From the human T2T-CHM13v2.0 reference genome, Homo sapiens, in assembly GCF_009914755.1 (NCBI RefSeq), contig NC_060934.1: a stretch of DNA of 64,000 nucleotides. One strand, given 5' to 3'. The notes below the pieces were generated by a model, which was not told the origin of the DNA, did not search any database, and worked only from the letters and a program-made list of their open reading frames with translations. Below are positions 13,101 to 27,000 of this stretch, in pieces. A program made the position numbers and the translations under genes. Every line of letters begins with the position of its first letter. The first letter of the stretch is position 1.

Positions 13101-16100
13101 AGAGCAGTTTGGACACACTCTATTTGTAAAGTCTGCAAATGGATATTTGGACCTCTTTGAGGCCTTCGTTTGAAACGGGATTTCTTCATACAACGCTAGA
13201 CAGAAGAATTCTCAGTAACTTCTTTGTGTTGTTTGTATTCAACTCACAGAGTTGAACCTTTCTTTAGAGAGAGCAGAGTTGAAACACTCTGTTTTTGGAA
13301 TTTGCAGGTGCAGATTTCAAGGGCTTCTAGGCCTATGGCAGAAAAGGAAATATCTTCGTATAAAAACTACGCAGAATCATTCTCAACAACTACTTTGTGA
13401 TGTGTGCGTTCAACTCACAGAGTTTAACCTTTCTTTTCATAGAGCAGTTTGGAAACACTCTGTTTGTAAAGCCTGCAAGTGCTTTTTTGGACTTCATTGA
13501 GGCCTTCGTTGGAAACGGGATTTCTTCATATAATGCTAGACAGAAGAATTCTCAGTAAATCCTTTGTGTTGTGTTTATTCAACTCACAGAGTGGAACCTT
13601 CCTTTATTCAGAGCAGTTTTGAAACACTCTTTTTGTGGAATTTGCAAGTGGAGATTTCAAGCGATTTGACGCCAATCTTAGACATGGAAATATCTTCATA
13701 TTAAAAGTACACAGAATCATTCGTAGAAACTAGTTTGTGATGTGTGCCTTCAACTCACAGAGTTTAACCTTTCTTTTCATAGAGCAGTTGGGAAACACTC
13801 TATTTGTAAAGTCTGCAAGTGGATATTTGGACCTCTTTGAGGCCTTCGTTGGAAACGGGATTTCTTCATAAAACGCTAGACAGAAGAATTCTCAGTAACT
13901 TCTTTGTGTTGTGTGTATTCAACTCACAGAGTTGGACCTTTCTTTAGAGAGAGCAGAGTTGAACACTCTTTTTCTGGAATTTGCTAGTGCAGATTTCAAA
14001 CGCTTCGAAGACAGTGATAGCAAAGGATATATCTTCGTATTAAAACTAGACAAAATCATTCTCAGAAAACACTTTGTGATGTGTGTGTTCAACTCACAGA
14101 GTTTAACCTTTCTTTAATCGAGCAGTTTGGAAATACACTCTTTGTAAGTCTGCAGGTGGATAATTGGCCCTCTTTGAGCCCTTCGTTGGAAACGGGATTT
14201 CCTCATATAATGCTAGACAGAAGAATTCTGAGTAACTTCTTTGTGTTGTTTGAATTCAACTCACTGATTTGAACCTTCCTTTAGAGAGAGCAGATTTGAA
14301 ACCCTCTGTTTTTGGAATTTGCAAGTGCAGATTTCAAGCGCTTCTAGGCCTATGGCAGAAAAGGAAATATCTTCGTATAAAAACTACACAGAATCATTCT
14401 CAACAACTACTTTGTGATGTGCGCGTTCAACTCACAGAGTTTAACCTTTCTTTTCATAGAGCAGTTTGGAAACACTCTGTAAAGTCTGCAAGTGCTTATT
14501 TGGACTTCTTTGAGGCCTTCGTTGGAAACGGGAGTTCTTCATATAATGCTAGACAGAAGAATTCTCAGTCACTTCTTTGTGTTGTGGTATTCAACTCACA
14601 GAGTTGAAACTTCCTTTAGACAGAGCAGTGTTGAAAAATTCTTTCTGTGGAATTTGCAATTGGAGATTTTAAGAGATTTGAGGCTAATCTTTGAAATGGA
14701 AATATCTTCGTGTAAAAACTACACAGAATCATTCTCAGAAACTGCTTTGTCATCTGTGCATTCAGTTCACAGAGTTTCACCTTTCTCTTCATAGAGCAGT
14801 TTGGAAAGACTCTGTCTGTAAAGTCTGCAAGTGATTAGTTAGACCCCTTTGAGGCCTTCGTTGGAAGCGGGATTTCTCATTTACTGCTAGACAGAAGAAT
14901 TCTCAGTAAATCCTTTGTGTTGTGTGTATTCAACTCACAGAGTGGAACCTTCCTTTATTCAGAGCAGTTTTGAAAAACACTTTTTGTGGAATTTCCAAGT
15001 GGAGATTTCAAGCGATTTGACGCCAATCTTAGACATGGAAATATCTTCATATTAAAAGTACACAGAGTCATTCGTAGAAACTAGTTTGTGATGTGTGCCT
15101 TCAACTCACAGAGTTTAACCTTTGTTTTCATAGAGCAGTTTGGAAACACTCTATTTGTAAAGTCTGCAAGTGGATATTTGGAACTCTTTGAGGCCTTCGT
15201 TGGAAACGGGATTTCTTCATACAACGCTAGACAGAAGAATTCTCAGTAACTTCTTTGTGTTGTGTGTATTCAACTCACAGAGTTGAACCTTTCTTTAGAG
15301 AGAGCCGAGTTGAAACACTCTGTTTTTTAATTTGCAAGTGCAGATTTCAAGCGATTCTAGGCCTATGGCAGAAAAGGAAATATCTTCGTATAAAAACTAC
15401 ACAGAATCATTCTCAACAACTACTTTGTGATGTGTGCGTTCAACTCACAGAGTTTAACCTTTCTTTTCATAGAGCAGTTTGGAAACACTCTGTTTTTAAA
15501 GCCTGCAAGTGCTTTTTTGGACTTCATTGAGGCCTTCGTTGGAAACGGGATTTCTTCATATAATGCTAGACAGAAGAATTCTCAGTCACTTCTTTGTGTT
15601 GTGTGTATTCAACTCACAGAGTTGAACCTTCCTTTAGACAGAGCAGTTTTGAAAAATTCTTTCTGTGTAATTTGCAAGTGGAGATTTCAAGCGATTTGAG
15701 GCTAATCTTTGAAATGGAAATATCTTCGTGTAAAAACTACACAGAATCATTCTCAGAAACTGCTTTGTCATCTGTGCGTTCAGTTCACAGAGTTTCACCT
15801 TTCTCTTCATAGAGCAGTTTGGAAAGACTCTGTCTGTAAAGTCTGCAAGTGATTAGTTAGAACCCTTTGAGGCCTTCGTTGGAAGCGGGATTTCTCATTT
15901 ACTGCTAGACAGAAGAATTCTCAGTAAATCCTTTGTGTTGTGTGTATTCAACTCACAGAGTGGAACCTTCCTTTATTCAGAGCAGTTTTGATACACTCTT
16001 TTTGTGGAATTTGCAAGTGGAGATTTCAAGCGATTTGACGCCAATCTTAGACATGGAAATATCTTCATATTAAAAGTACACAGAGTCATTCGTAGAAACT

Positions 16101-16921
16101 AGTTTGTGATGTGTGCCTTCAACTCACAGAGTTTAACCTTTCTTTTCATAGAGCAGTTGGGAAACACTCTATTTGTAAAGTCTGCAAGTGGATATTTGGA
16201 CCTCTTTGAGGCCTTCGTTGGAAACGGGATTTCTTCATATAACGCTAGACAGAAGAATCCTCAGTAACTTCTTTGTGTTGTGTGTATTCAACTCACAGAG
16301 TTGAACCTTTCTTTAGAGGGAGCAGAGGTGAAACACTCTTTTTGTGGAATTTGCTAGTGTAGATTTCAAACGCTTCGAAGACAGTGATAGAAAAGGATAT
16401 ATCTTCGTATTAAAAGTAGACAAAATCATTCTCAGAAAACTCTTTGTGATGTGTGTGTTCAACTCACAGAGTTTAACCTTTCTTTAATCGAGCAGTTTGG
16501 AAATACACTCTTTGTAAGTCTGCAGGTGGATATTTGTCCCTCTTTGAGCCCTTCGTTGGAAACGGGATTTCCTCATATAATGCTAGACAGAAGAATTCTC
16601 AGTAACTTCTTTGTGTTGTTTGTATTCAACACACAGATTTGAACCTTCCTTTAGAGAGAGCAGATTTGAAACACTCTGTTTTTGGAATTTGCAAGTGCAG
16701 ATTTCAAGCGCTTCTAGGCCTATGGCAGAAAAGGAAATATCTTCGTATAAAAACTACAGAGAATCATTCTCAACAACTACTTTGTGATGTGTGCGTTGAA
16801 CTCACAGAGTTTAACCTTTCTTTTCATAGAGCAGTTTGGAAACACTCTGTTTGTAAAGCCTGCAAGTGCTTTTTTGGACTTCATTGAAGCCTTCGTTGGA
16901 AACGGGATTTCTTCATACAAT

Positions 16922-19900
16922 GCTAGACAGAAGAATTCTCAGTAACTTCTTTGTGTTGTGTGTATTCAACTCACAGAGTTGAACCTTTCTTTAGAGAGAG
17001 CAGAGTTGAAACACTGTGTTTTTGGAATTTGCAAGGGCAGATTTCAAGCGATTCTAGGCCTATGGCAGAAAAGGAAATATCTTCGTATAAAAACTACACA
17101 GAATCATTCTCAACAACTACTTTATGATGTGTGCGTTCAACTCACAGAGTTTAACCTTTCTTTTCATAGAGCAGTTTGGAAACACTCTGTTTGTAAAGCC
17201 TGCAAGTGCTTTTTTGGACTTCATTGAGGCCATCGTTGGAAACGGGATTTCTTCATATAATGCTAGACAGAAGAATTCTCAGTCACTTCTTTGTGTTGTG
17301 TGTATTCAAGTCACAGAGTTGAAACTTCCTTTAGACAGAGTAGTTTTGAAAAATTCTTTCTGTGGAGTTTGCAAGTGGAGATTTCAAGCGATTTGAGGCT
17401 AATCTTTGAAATGGAAATATCTTCGTGTAAAAACTACACAGAATCATTCTCAGAAACTGCTTTGTCATCTGTGCGTTCAGTTCACAGAGTTTCACCTTTC
17501 TCTTCATAGAGCAGTTTGGAAAGACTCTGTCTGTAAAGTCTGCAAGTGATTAGTTAGACCCCTTTGAGGCCTTCGTTGGAAGCGGGATTTCTCATTTACT
17601 GCTAGACAGAAGAATTCTCAGTAAATCCTTTGTGTTGTGTGTATTCAACTCACAGAGTGGAACCTTCCTTTATTCAGAGCAGTTTTGAAAAACACTTTTT
17701 GTGGAATTTGCAAGTGGAGATTTCAAGCGATTTGACGCCAATCTTAGACATGGAAATATCTTCATATTAAAAGTACACAGAGTCATTCGTAGAAACTAGT
17801 TTGTGATGTGTGCCTTCAACTCACAGAGTTTAACCTTTCTTTTCATAGAGCAGTTTGGAAACACTCTATTTGTAAAGTCTGCAAGTGGATATTTGGACCT
17901 CTTTGAGGCCTTCGTTGGAAACGGGATTTCTTCATACAACGCTAGACAGAAGAATTCTCAGTAACTTCTTTGTGTTGTGTGTATTCAACTCACAGAGTTG
18001 AACCTTTCTTTAGAGAGAGCAGAGTTGAAACACTCTGTTTTTGGAATTTGCAAGTGCAGATTTCAAGCGATTCTAGGCCTATGGCAGAAAAGGAAATATC
18101 TTCGTATAAAAACTACACAGAATCATTCTCAACAACTACTTTGTGATGTGTGCGTTCAACTCACAAAGTTTAACCTTTCTTTTCATAGAGCAGTTTGGAA
18201 ACACTCTGTTTGTAAAGCCTGCAATTGCTTTTTTGGACTTCATTGAGGCCTTCGTTGGAAAGGGGATTTCTTCATACAATGCTAGACAGAAGAATTCTCA
18301 GTAAATCCTTTGTGTTGTGTGTATTCAACTCACAGAGTGGAACCTTCCTTTATTCAGAGCAGTTTTGAAACACTCTTTTTGTGGAATTTGCAAGTGGAGA
18401 TTTCAAGCGATTTGACGCCAATCTTAGACATGGAAATATCTTCATATTAAAACTACACAGAGTCATTCGTAGAAACTAGGTTGTGATGTGTGCCTTCAAC
18501 TCACAGAGTTTAACCTTTCTTTTCATAGAGCAGTTCGGAAACACTCTATTTGTAAAGTCTGCAAGTGGATATTTGGACCTCTTTGAGGTCTTCGTTGGAA
18601 ACGGGATTTCTTCATATAACGCTAGACAGAAGAATTTTCAGTAAATTCTTTGTGTTGTGTGTATTCAACTCACAGAGTTGAACCTTTCTTTAGAGAGAGC
18701 AGAGTTGAAACACTCTTTTTGTGGAATTTGCTAGTGCAGATTTCAAACGCTTCGAAGACAGTGATAGAAAAGGATATATCTTCGTATTAAAATTAGACAA
18801 AATCATTCTCAGAAAACACTTTGTGATGTGTGTGTTCAACTCACAGAGTTTAACCTTTCTTTAATCGAGCAGTTTGGAAACACTCTATTTGTAAAGTCCG
18901 CAAGTGGATATTTGGACATCTTTGAGGCCTTCGTTGGAAACGGGATTTCTTCATACAACGCTAGACAGAAGAATTCTCAGTAACTTCTTTGTGTTGTGTG
19001 TATTCAACTCACAGAGTTGAACCTTTCTTTAGAGAGAGCAGAGTTGAAACACTGTGTTTTTGGAATTTGCAAGGGCAGATTTCAAGCGATTCTAGGCCTA
19101 TGGCAGAAAAGGAAATATCTTCGTATAAAAACTACACAGAATCATTCTCAACAACTACTTTATGATGTGTGCGTTCAACTCACAGAGTTTAACCTTTCTT
19201 TTCATAGAGCAGTTTGGAAACACTCTGTTTGTAAAGCCTGCAAGTGCTTTTTTGGACTTCATTGAGGCCATCGTTGGAAACGGGATTTCTTCATATAATG
19301 CTAGACAGAAGAATTCTCAGTCACTTCTTTGTGTTGTGTGTATTCAAGTCACAGAGTTGAAACTTCCTTTAGACAGAGTAGTTTTGAAAAATTCTTTCTG
19401 TGGAGTTTGCAAGTGGAGATTTCAAGCGATTTGAGGCTAATCTTTGAAATGGAAATATCTTCGTGTAAAAACTACACAGAATCATTCTCAGAAACTGCTT
19501 TGTCATCTGTGCGTTCAGTTCACAGAGTTTCACCTTTCTCTTCATAGAGCAGTTTGGAAAGACTCTGTCTGTAAAGTCTGCAAGTGATTAGTTAGACCCC
19601 TTTGAGGCCTTCGTTGGAAGCGGGATTTCTCATTTACTGCTAGACAGAAGAATTCTCAGTAAATCCTTTGTGTTGTGTGTATTCAACTCACAGAGTGGAA
19701 CCTTCCTTTATTCAGAGCAGTTTTGAAAAACACTTTTTGTGGAATTTGCAAGTGGAGATTTCAAGCGATTTGACGCCAATCTTAGACATGGAAATATCTT
19801 CATATTAAAAGTACACAGAGTCATTCGTAGAAACTAGTTTGTGATGTGTGCCTTCAACTCACAGAGTTTAACCTTTGTTTTCATAGAGCAGTTTGGAAAC

Positions 19901-21091
19901 ACTCTATTTGTAAAGTCTGCAAGTGGATATTTGGACCTCTTTGAGGCCTTCGTTGGAAACGGGATTTCTTCATACAACGCTAGACAGAAGAATTCTCAGT
20001 AACTTCTTTGTGTTGTGTGTATTCAACTCACAGAGTTGAACCTTTCTTTAGAGAGAGCAGAGTTGAAACACTCTGTTTTTGGAATTTGCAAGTGCAGATT
20101 TCAAGCGATTCTAGGCCTATGGCAGAAAAGGAAATATCTTCGTATAAAAACTACACAGAATCATTCTCAACAACTACTTTGTGATGTGTGCGTTCAACTC
20201 ACAAAGTTTAACCTTTCTTTTCATAGAGCAGTTTGGAAACACTCTGTTTGTAAAGCCTGCAATTGCTTTTTTGGACTTCATTGAGGCCTTCGTTGGAAAG
20301 GGGATTTCTTCATACAATGCTAGACAGAAGAATTCTCAGTAAATCCTTTGTGTTGTGTGTATTCAACTCACAGATTGGAACCTTCCTTTATTCAGAGCAG
20401 TTTTGAAACACTCTTTTTGTGGAATTTGCAAGTGGAGATTTCAAGCGATTTGACGCCAATCTTAGACATGGAAATATCTTCATATTAAAACTACACAGAG
20501 TCATTCGTAGAAACTAGGTTGTGATGTGTGCCTTCAACTCACAGAGTTTAACCTTTCTTTTCATAGAGCAGTTCGGAAACACTCTATTTGTAAAGTCTGC
20601 AAGTGGATATTTGGACCTCTTTGAGGTCTTCGTTGGAAACGGGATTTCTTCATATAACGCTAGACAGAAGAATTTTCAGTAACTTCTTTGTGTTGTGTGT
20701 ATTCAACTCACAGAGTTGAACCTTTCTTTAGAGAGAGCAGAGTTGAAACACTCTTTTTGTGGAATTTGCTAGTGCAGATTTCAAACGCTTCGAAGACAGT
20801 GATAGAAAAGGATATATCTTCATATTAAAATTAGACAAAATCATTCTCAGAAAACACTTTGTGATGTGTGTGTTCAACTCACAGAGTTTAACCTTTCTTT
20901 AATCGAGCAGTTTGGAAACACTCTATTTGTAAAGTCCGCAAGTGGATATTTGGACATCTTTGCGGCCTTCGTTGGAAACGGGATTTCTTCATACAACGCT
21001 AGACAGAAGAATTCTCAGTAACTTCTTTGTGTTGTGTGTATTCAACTCACAGAGTTGAACCTTTCTTTAGAGAGAGCAGAGTTGAAACACT
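16922..21091 (+). repeat. Tandem duplication, period 2038 bp (12 monomers, A-B-C-A-C-D')
   Basis: ORF pairs 16958/18996, 17124/19162 and 17977/20015. Shared rare variants: ACACTGTGTT, CTTTATGATG, GGCCATCG, CAGAGTAGTT, GGAAAGGGGA, GAGGTCTTCG, AAAATTAGAC. Confidence 0.9.
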
Positions 21092-24000
21092 CTGTTTTTG
21101 GAATTTGCAAGTGCAGATTTCAAGCGATTCTAGGCCTATGGCAGAAAAGGAAATATCTTCGTATAAAAACTACACAGAATCATTCTCAACAACTACTTTG
21201 TGATGTGTGCGTTCAACTCACATAGTTTAACCTTTCTTTTCATAGAGCAGTTTGGAAACACTCTGTTTGTAAAGCCTGCAATTGCTTTTTTGGCCTTCAT
21301 TGAGGCCTTCGTTGGAAAGGGTATTTCTTCATATAATGCTAGACAGAAGAATTCTCAGTAAATCCTTTGTGTTGTGTGTATTCAACTCACAGAGTGGTAC
21401 CTTCCTTTATTCAGAGCAGTTTTGAAACACTCTTTTTGTGGAATTTGCAAGAGGAGATTTCAAGCGATTTGACGCCAATCATAGACATAGAAATGTCTTC
21501 ATATTAAAAGTACACAGAGTCATTCGTAGAAACTAGTTTGTGATGTGTGCCTTCAACTCACAGAGTTTAACCTTTCTTTTCATGGAGCAGTTCGGAAACA
21601 CTCTATTTGTAACGTCTGCAAGTGGATATTTGGACCTCTTTGAGGCCTTCGTTGGAAACGGGATTTCTTCATATAACGCTAGACAGAAGAATTCTCAGTA
21701 ACTTCTTTGTGTTGTGTGAATTCAACTCACAGAGTTGAACCTTTCTTTAGAGAGAGCAGAGTTGAAACACTCTTTTTGTGGAATTTGCTAGTGCAGATTT
21801 CAAACACTTCGAAGACAGTGATAGAAAAGGATATATCTTCGTATTAAAACTAGACAAAATCATTCTCAGAAAACACTTTGTGATGTGTGTGTTCAACTCA
21901 CAGAGTTTAACCTTTCTTTAATCGAGCAGTTTGGAAATACACTCTTTGTAAGTCTGCAGGTGTATAATTGGCTCTCTTTGAGCCCTTCGTTGGAAACGGG
22001 ATTTCCTCATATAATGCTAGACAGAAGAATTCTGAGTAACTTCTTTGTGTTGTTTGAATTCAACTCACTGATTTGAACCTTCCTTTAGAGAGAGCAGATT
22101 TGAAACCCTCTGTTTTTGGAATTTGCAAGTGCAGATTTCAAGCGCTTCTAGGCCTATGGCAGAAAAGGAAATATCTTCGTATAAAAACTACACAGAATCA
22201 TTCTCAACAACTACTTTGTGATGTGCGCGTTCAACTCACAGAGTTTAACCTTTCTTTTCATAGAGCAGTTTGGAAACACTCTGTAAAGTCTGCAAGTGCT
22301 TATTTGGACTTCTTTGAGGCCTTCGTTGGAAACGGGAGTTCTTCATATAATGCTAGACAGAAGAATTCTCAGTCACTTCTTTCTGTTGTGTGTATTCAAG
22401 TCACAGAGTTGAACCTTCCTTTAGACAGAGCAGTTTTGAAAAATTCTTTCTGTGGAGTTTGCAAGTGGAGATTTCAAGCGATTTGAGGCTAATCTTTGAA
22501 ATGGACATATCTTCGTGTAAAAACTACACAGGAGCATTCTCAGAAACTGCTTTGTCATCTGTGCGTTCAGTTCACAGAGTTTCACCTTTCTCTTCATACA
22601 GCAGTTTGGAAAGACTCTGTCTGTAAAGTCTGCAAGTGATTAGTTAGACCCCTTTGAGGCCTTCGTTGGAAGCGGGATTTCTCATTTACTGCTAGACAGA
22701 AGAATTCTCAGTAAATCCTTTGTGTTGTTTGTATTCAACTCACAGAGAGGAACCTTCCTTTATTCAGAGCACTTTTGAAAAACACTTTTAGTGGAATTTG
22801 CAAGTGGAGATTTCAAGCGATTTGACGCCAATCTTAGACATGGAAATATCTTCATATTAAAAGTACACAGAGTCATTCGTAGAAACTAGTTTGTGATGTG
22901 TGCCTTCAACTCACAGAGTTTAACCTTTCTTTTCATAGAGCAGTTTGGAAACACTCTATTTGTAAAGTCTGCAAGTGGATATTTGGACCTCTTTGAGGCC
23001 TTCATTAGAAACGGGATTTCTTCATATAACGCTAGACAGAAGAATTTTCAGTAACTTCTTTGTGTTGTGTGTATTCAACTCACAGAGTTCAACTTTTCTT
23101 TAGAGAGAGCAGAGTTGAAACACTCTTCTTGTGGAATTTGCTAGTGCAGATTTCAAACGCTTCGAAGACAGTGATAGAAAAGGATATATCTTCGTATTAA
23201 AACTAGACAAAATCATTCTCAGAAAACTCTTTGTGATGTGTGTGTTCAACTCACAGAGTTTAACCTTTCTTTAATCGAGCAGTTTGGAAATACACTCTTT
23301 GTAAGTCTGCAGGTGGATAATTGGCACTCTTTGAGGCCTTCGTTGGAAACGGGATTTCCTCATATAATGCTAGACAGAAGAATTCTCAGTAACTTCTTTG
23401 TGTTGTTTGTATTCAACTCACAGATTTGAACCTTCCTTTAGAGAGAGCAGATTTGAAACACTCTGTTTTTGGAATTTGCAAGTGCAGATTTCAAGCGCTT
23501 CTAGGCCTATGGCAGAAAAGGAAATATCTTCGTATAAAAACAACACAGAATCATTCTCAACAACTACTTTGTGATGTGTGCGTTCAACTCACAGAGTTTA
23601 ACCTTTCTTTTCATAGGGCAGTTTGGAAACACTCTGTTAGTAATGCCTGCAAGTGCTTTTTTGGACTTCATTGAGACCTTCGTTGGAAACGGGATTTCTT
23701 CATATAATGCTAGACAGAAGAATTCTCAGTAAATCCTTTGTGTTGTGTTTATTCAACTCACAGAGTGGAACCTTCCTTTATTCAGAGCAGTTTTGAAACA
23801 CTCTTTTTGTGGAATTTGCAAGTGGAGATTTCAAGCGATTTGACGCCAATCTTAGACATGGAAATATCTTCATATTAAAAGTACACAGTGTCATTCGTAG
23901 AAACTAGGTTGTGATGTGTGCCTTCAACTCACAGAGTTTAACCTTTCTTTTCATACAGCAGTTCGGAAACACTCTATTTGTAAAGTCTGCAAGTGGATAT

Positions 24001-27000
24001 TTGGACCTCTTTGAGGCCTTCGTTGGAAACGGGATTTCTTCATATAACGCTAGACAGAAGAATTTTCAGTAACTTCTTTGTGTTGTGTGTATTCAACTCA
24101 CAGAGTTGAACCTTTCTTTAGAGAGAGCAGAGTTGAAACACTCTTTTTGTGGAATTTGCTAGTGCAGATTTCAAACGCTTCGAAGACAGTGATAGAAAAG
24201 GGTGTATATTCGTATTAAAACTAGACAAAATCATTCTCAGAAAACACTTTGTGATGTGTGTGTTCAACTCACAGAGTTTAACCTTTCTTTAATCGAGCAG
24301 TTTGGAAACACTCTATTTGTAAAGTCCGCAAGTGGATATTTGGACATTTTGAGGCCTTCGTTGGAAACGGGATTTCTTCATACAACGCTAGACACAAGAA
24401 TTCTCAGTAACTTCTTTGTGTTGTGTGTATTCAACTCACAGAGTTGAACCTTCCTTTAGAGAGAGCAGATTTGAAACACTCTGTTTTTGGAATTTGCAAG
24501 TGCAGATTTCAAGCGCTTCTAGGCCTATGGCAGAAAAGGAAATATCTTCGTATAAAAACTACACAGAATCATTCTCAACAACTACTTTGTGATGTGTGAG
24601 TTCAACTCACAGAGTTTAACCTTTCTTTTCATAGAGCAGTTTGGAAACACTCTGTTTGTAAAGCCTGCAAGTGCTTTTTTGGACTTCATTGAGGCCTTCG
24701 TTGGAAACGGGATTTCTTCATACAACGCTAGACAGAAGAATTCTCAGTAACTTCTTTGTGTTGTGTGTATTCAACTCACAGAGTTGAACCTTTCTTTAGA
24801 GAGAGCAGAGTTGAAACACTCTGTTTTTGGAATTTGCTAGTGCAGATTTCAAGCGATTCTAGGCCTATGGCAGAAAAGGGAATATCTTCGTATAAAAACT
24901 ACACAGAATCATTCTCAACAACTACTTTGTGATGTGTGCGTTCAACTCACAGAGTTTAACCTTTCTTTTCATAGAGCAGTTTGGAAACACTCTGTTTGTA
25001 AAGCCTGCAAGTGCTTTTTTGGACTTCATTGAGGCCTTCGTTGGAAACGGGATTTCTTCATATAAGGCTAGACAGAAGAATTCTCAGTCACTTCTTTGTG
25101 TTGTGTGTATTCAAGTCACAGAGTTGAACCTTCCTTTAGACAGAGCAGTTTTGAAAAATTCTTTCTGTGGAGTTTGCAAGTGGAGATTTCAAGCGATTTG
25201 AGGCTAATCTTTGAAATGGAAATATCTTCATGTAAAAACTACACAGAATCATTCTCAGAAACTGCTTTGTCATCTGTGCGTTCAGTTCACAGAGTTTCAC
25301 CTTTCTCTTCATAGAGCAGTTTGGAAAGACTCTGTCTGTAAAGTCTGCAAGTGATTAGTTAGACCCCTTTGAGGCCTTCGTTGGAAGCGGGATTTCTCAT
25401 TTACTGCTAGACAGAAGAATTCTCAGTAAATCCTTTGTGTTGTGTGTATTCAACTCACAGAGTGGAACCTTCCTTTATTCAGAGCAGCTTTGAAAAACAC
25501 TTTTTGTGGAATTTGCAAGTGGAGATTTCAAGCGATTTGACGCCAATCTTAGACATGGAAATATCTTCATTTTAAAAGTACACAGAGTCATTCGTAGAAA
25601 CTAGTTTGTGATGTGTGCCTTTAACTCACAGAGTTTAACCTTTCTTTTCATAGAGCAGTTTGGAAACACTCTATTTGTAAAGTCTGCAACTGGATATCTG
25701 GACCTCTTTGAGGCCTTCGTTGGAAACGGGATTTCTTCATACAACGCTAGACAGAAGAATTCTCAGTAACTTCTTTGTGTTGTGTGTATTCAACTCACAG
25801 AGTTGAACCTTTCTTTAGAGAGAGCAGAGTTGAAACACTCTGTTTTTGGAATTTGCAAGTGCAGATTTCAAGCGATTCTAGGCCTATGGCAGAAAAGGAA
25901 ATATCTTCGTATAAAAACTACACAGAATCATTCTCAACAACTACTTTGTGATGTGTGCGTTCAACTCACAGAGTTTAACCTTTCTTTTCATAGAGCAGTT
26001 TGGAAACACTCTGTTTGTAAAGCCTGCAAGTGCTTTTTTGGACTTCATTGAGGCCTTCGTTGGAAACGGGATTTCTTCATATAATGCTAGACAGAAGAAT
26101 TCTCAGTCACTTCTTTGTGTTGTGTGTATTCAAGTCACAGAGTTGAACCTTCTTTTAGACAGAGCAGTTTTGAAAAATTCTTTCTGTGGAATTTGCAATT
26201 GGAGATTTTAAGCGATTTGAGGCTAATCTTTGAAATGGAAATATCTTCGTGTAAAAACTACACAGAATCATTCTCAGAAACTGCTTTGTTATCTGTGCGT
26301 TCAGTTCACAGAGTTTCACCTTTCTCTTCATAGAGCAGTTTGGAAAGACTCTGTCTGTAAAGTCTGCAAGTGATTAGTTAGACCCCTTTGAGGCCTTCGT
26401 TGGAAGCGGGATTTCTCATTTACTGCTAGACAGAAGAATTCTCAGTAAATCCTTTGTGTTGTGTGTATTCAACTCACAGAGTGGAACCTTCCTTTATTCA
26501 GAGCAGTTTTGAAAAACACGTTTTGCGGAATTTGCAAGTGGAGATTTCAAGCGATTTGACGCCAATCTTAGACATGGAAATATCTTCATATTAAAAGTAC
26601 ACAGAGTCATTCGTAGAAACTAGTTTGTGATGTGTGCCTTCAACTCACAGAGTTTAACCTTTCTTTTCATAGAGCAGTTTGGAAACACTCTATTTGTAAA
26701 GTCTGCAAGTGGATATTTGAACCTCTTTGAGGCCTTCGTTGGAAACGGGATTTCTTCATACAACACTAGACAGAAGAATTCTCAGTAACTTCTTTGTGTT
26801 GTGTGTATTCAACTCACAGAGTTGAACCTTTCTTTAGAGAGAGCAGAGTTGAAACACTCTGTTTTTGGAATTTGCAAGTGAAGATTTTAAGCGATTCTAG
26901 GCCTATGGCAGAAAAGGAAATATCTTCGTATAAAAACTACACAGAATCATTCTCAACAACTACTTTGTGATGTGTGCGTTCAACTCACAAAGTTTAACCT

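Noticed and set aside
22073-22486. Longest ORF (137 aa) and the related 112-aa ORF at 14269
   Set aside because: Both are produced by the 4-bp deletion near 22285/14480 fusing two satellite reading frames, so they are not evidence of coding function.
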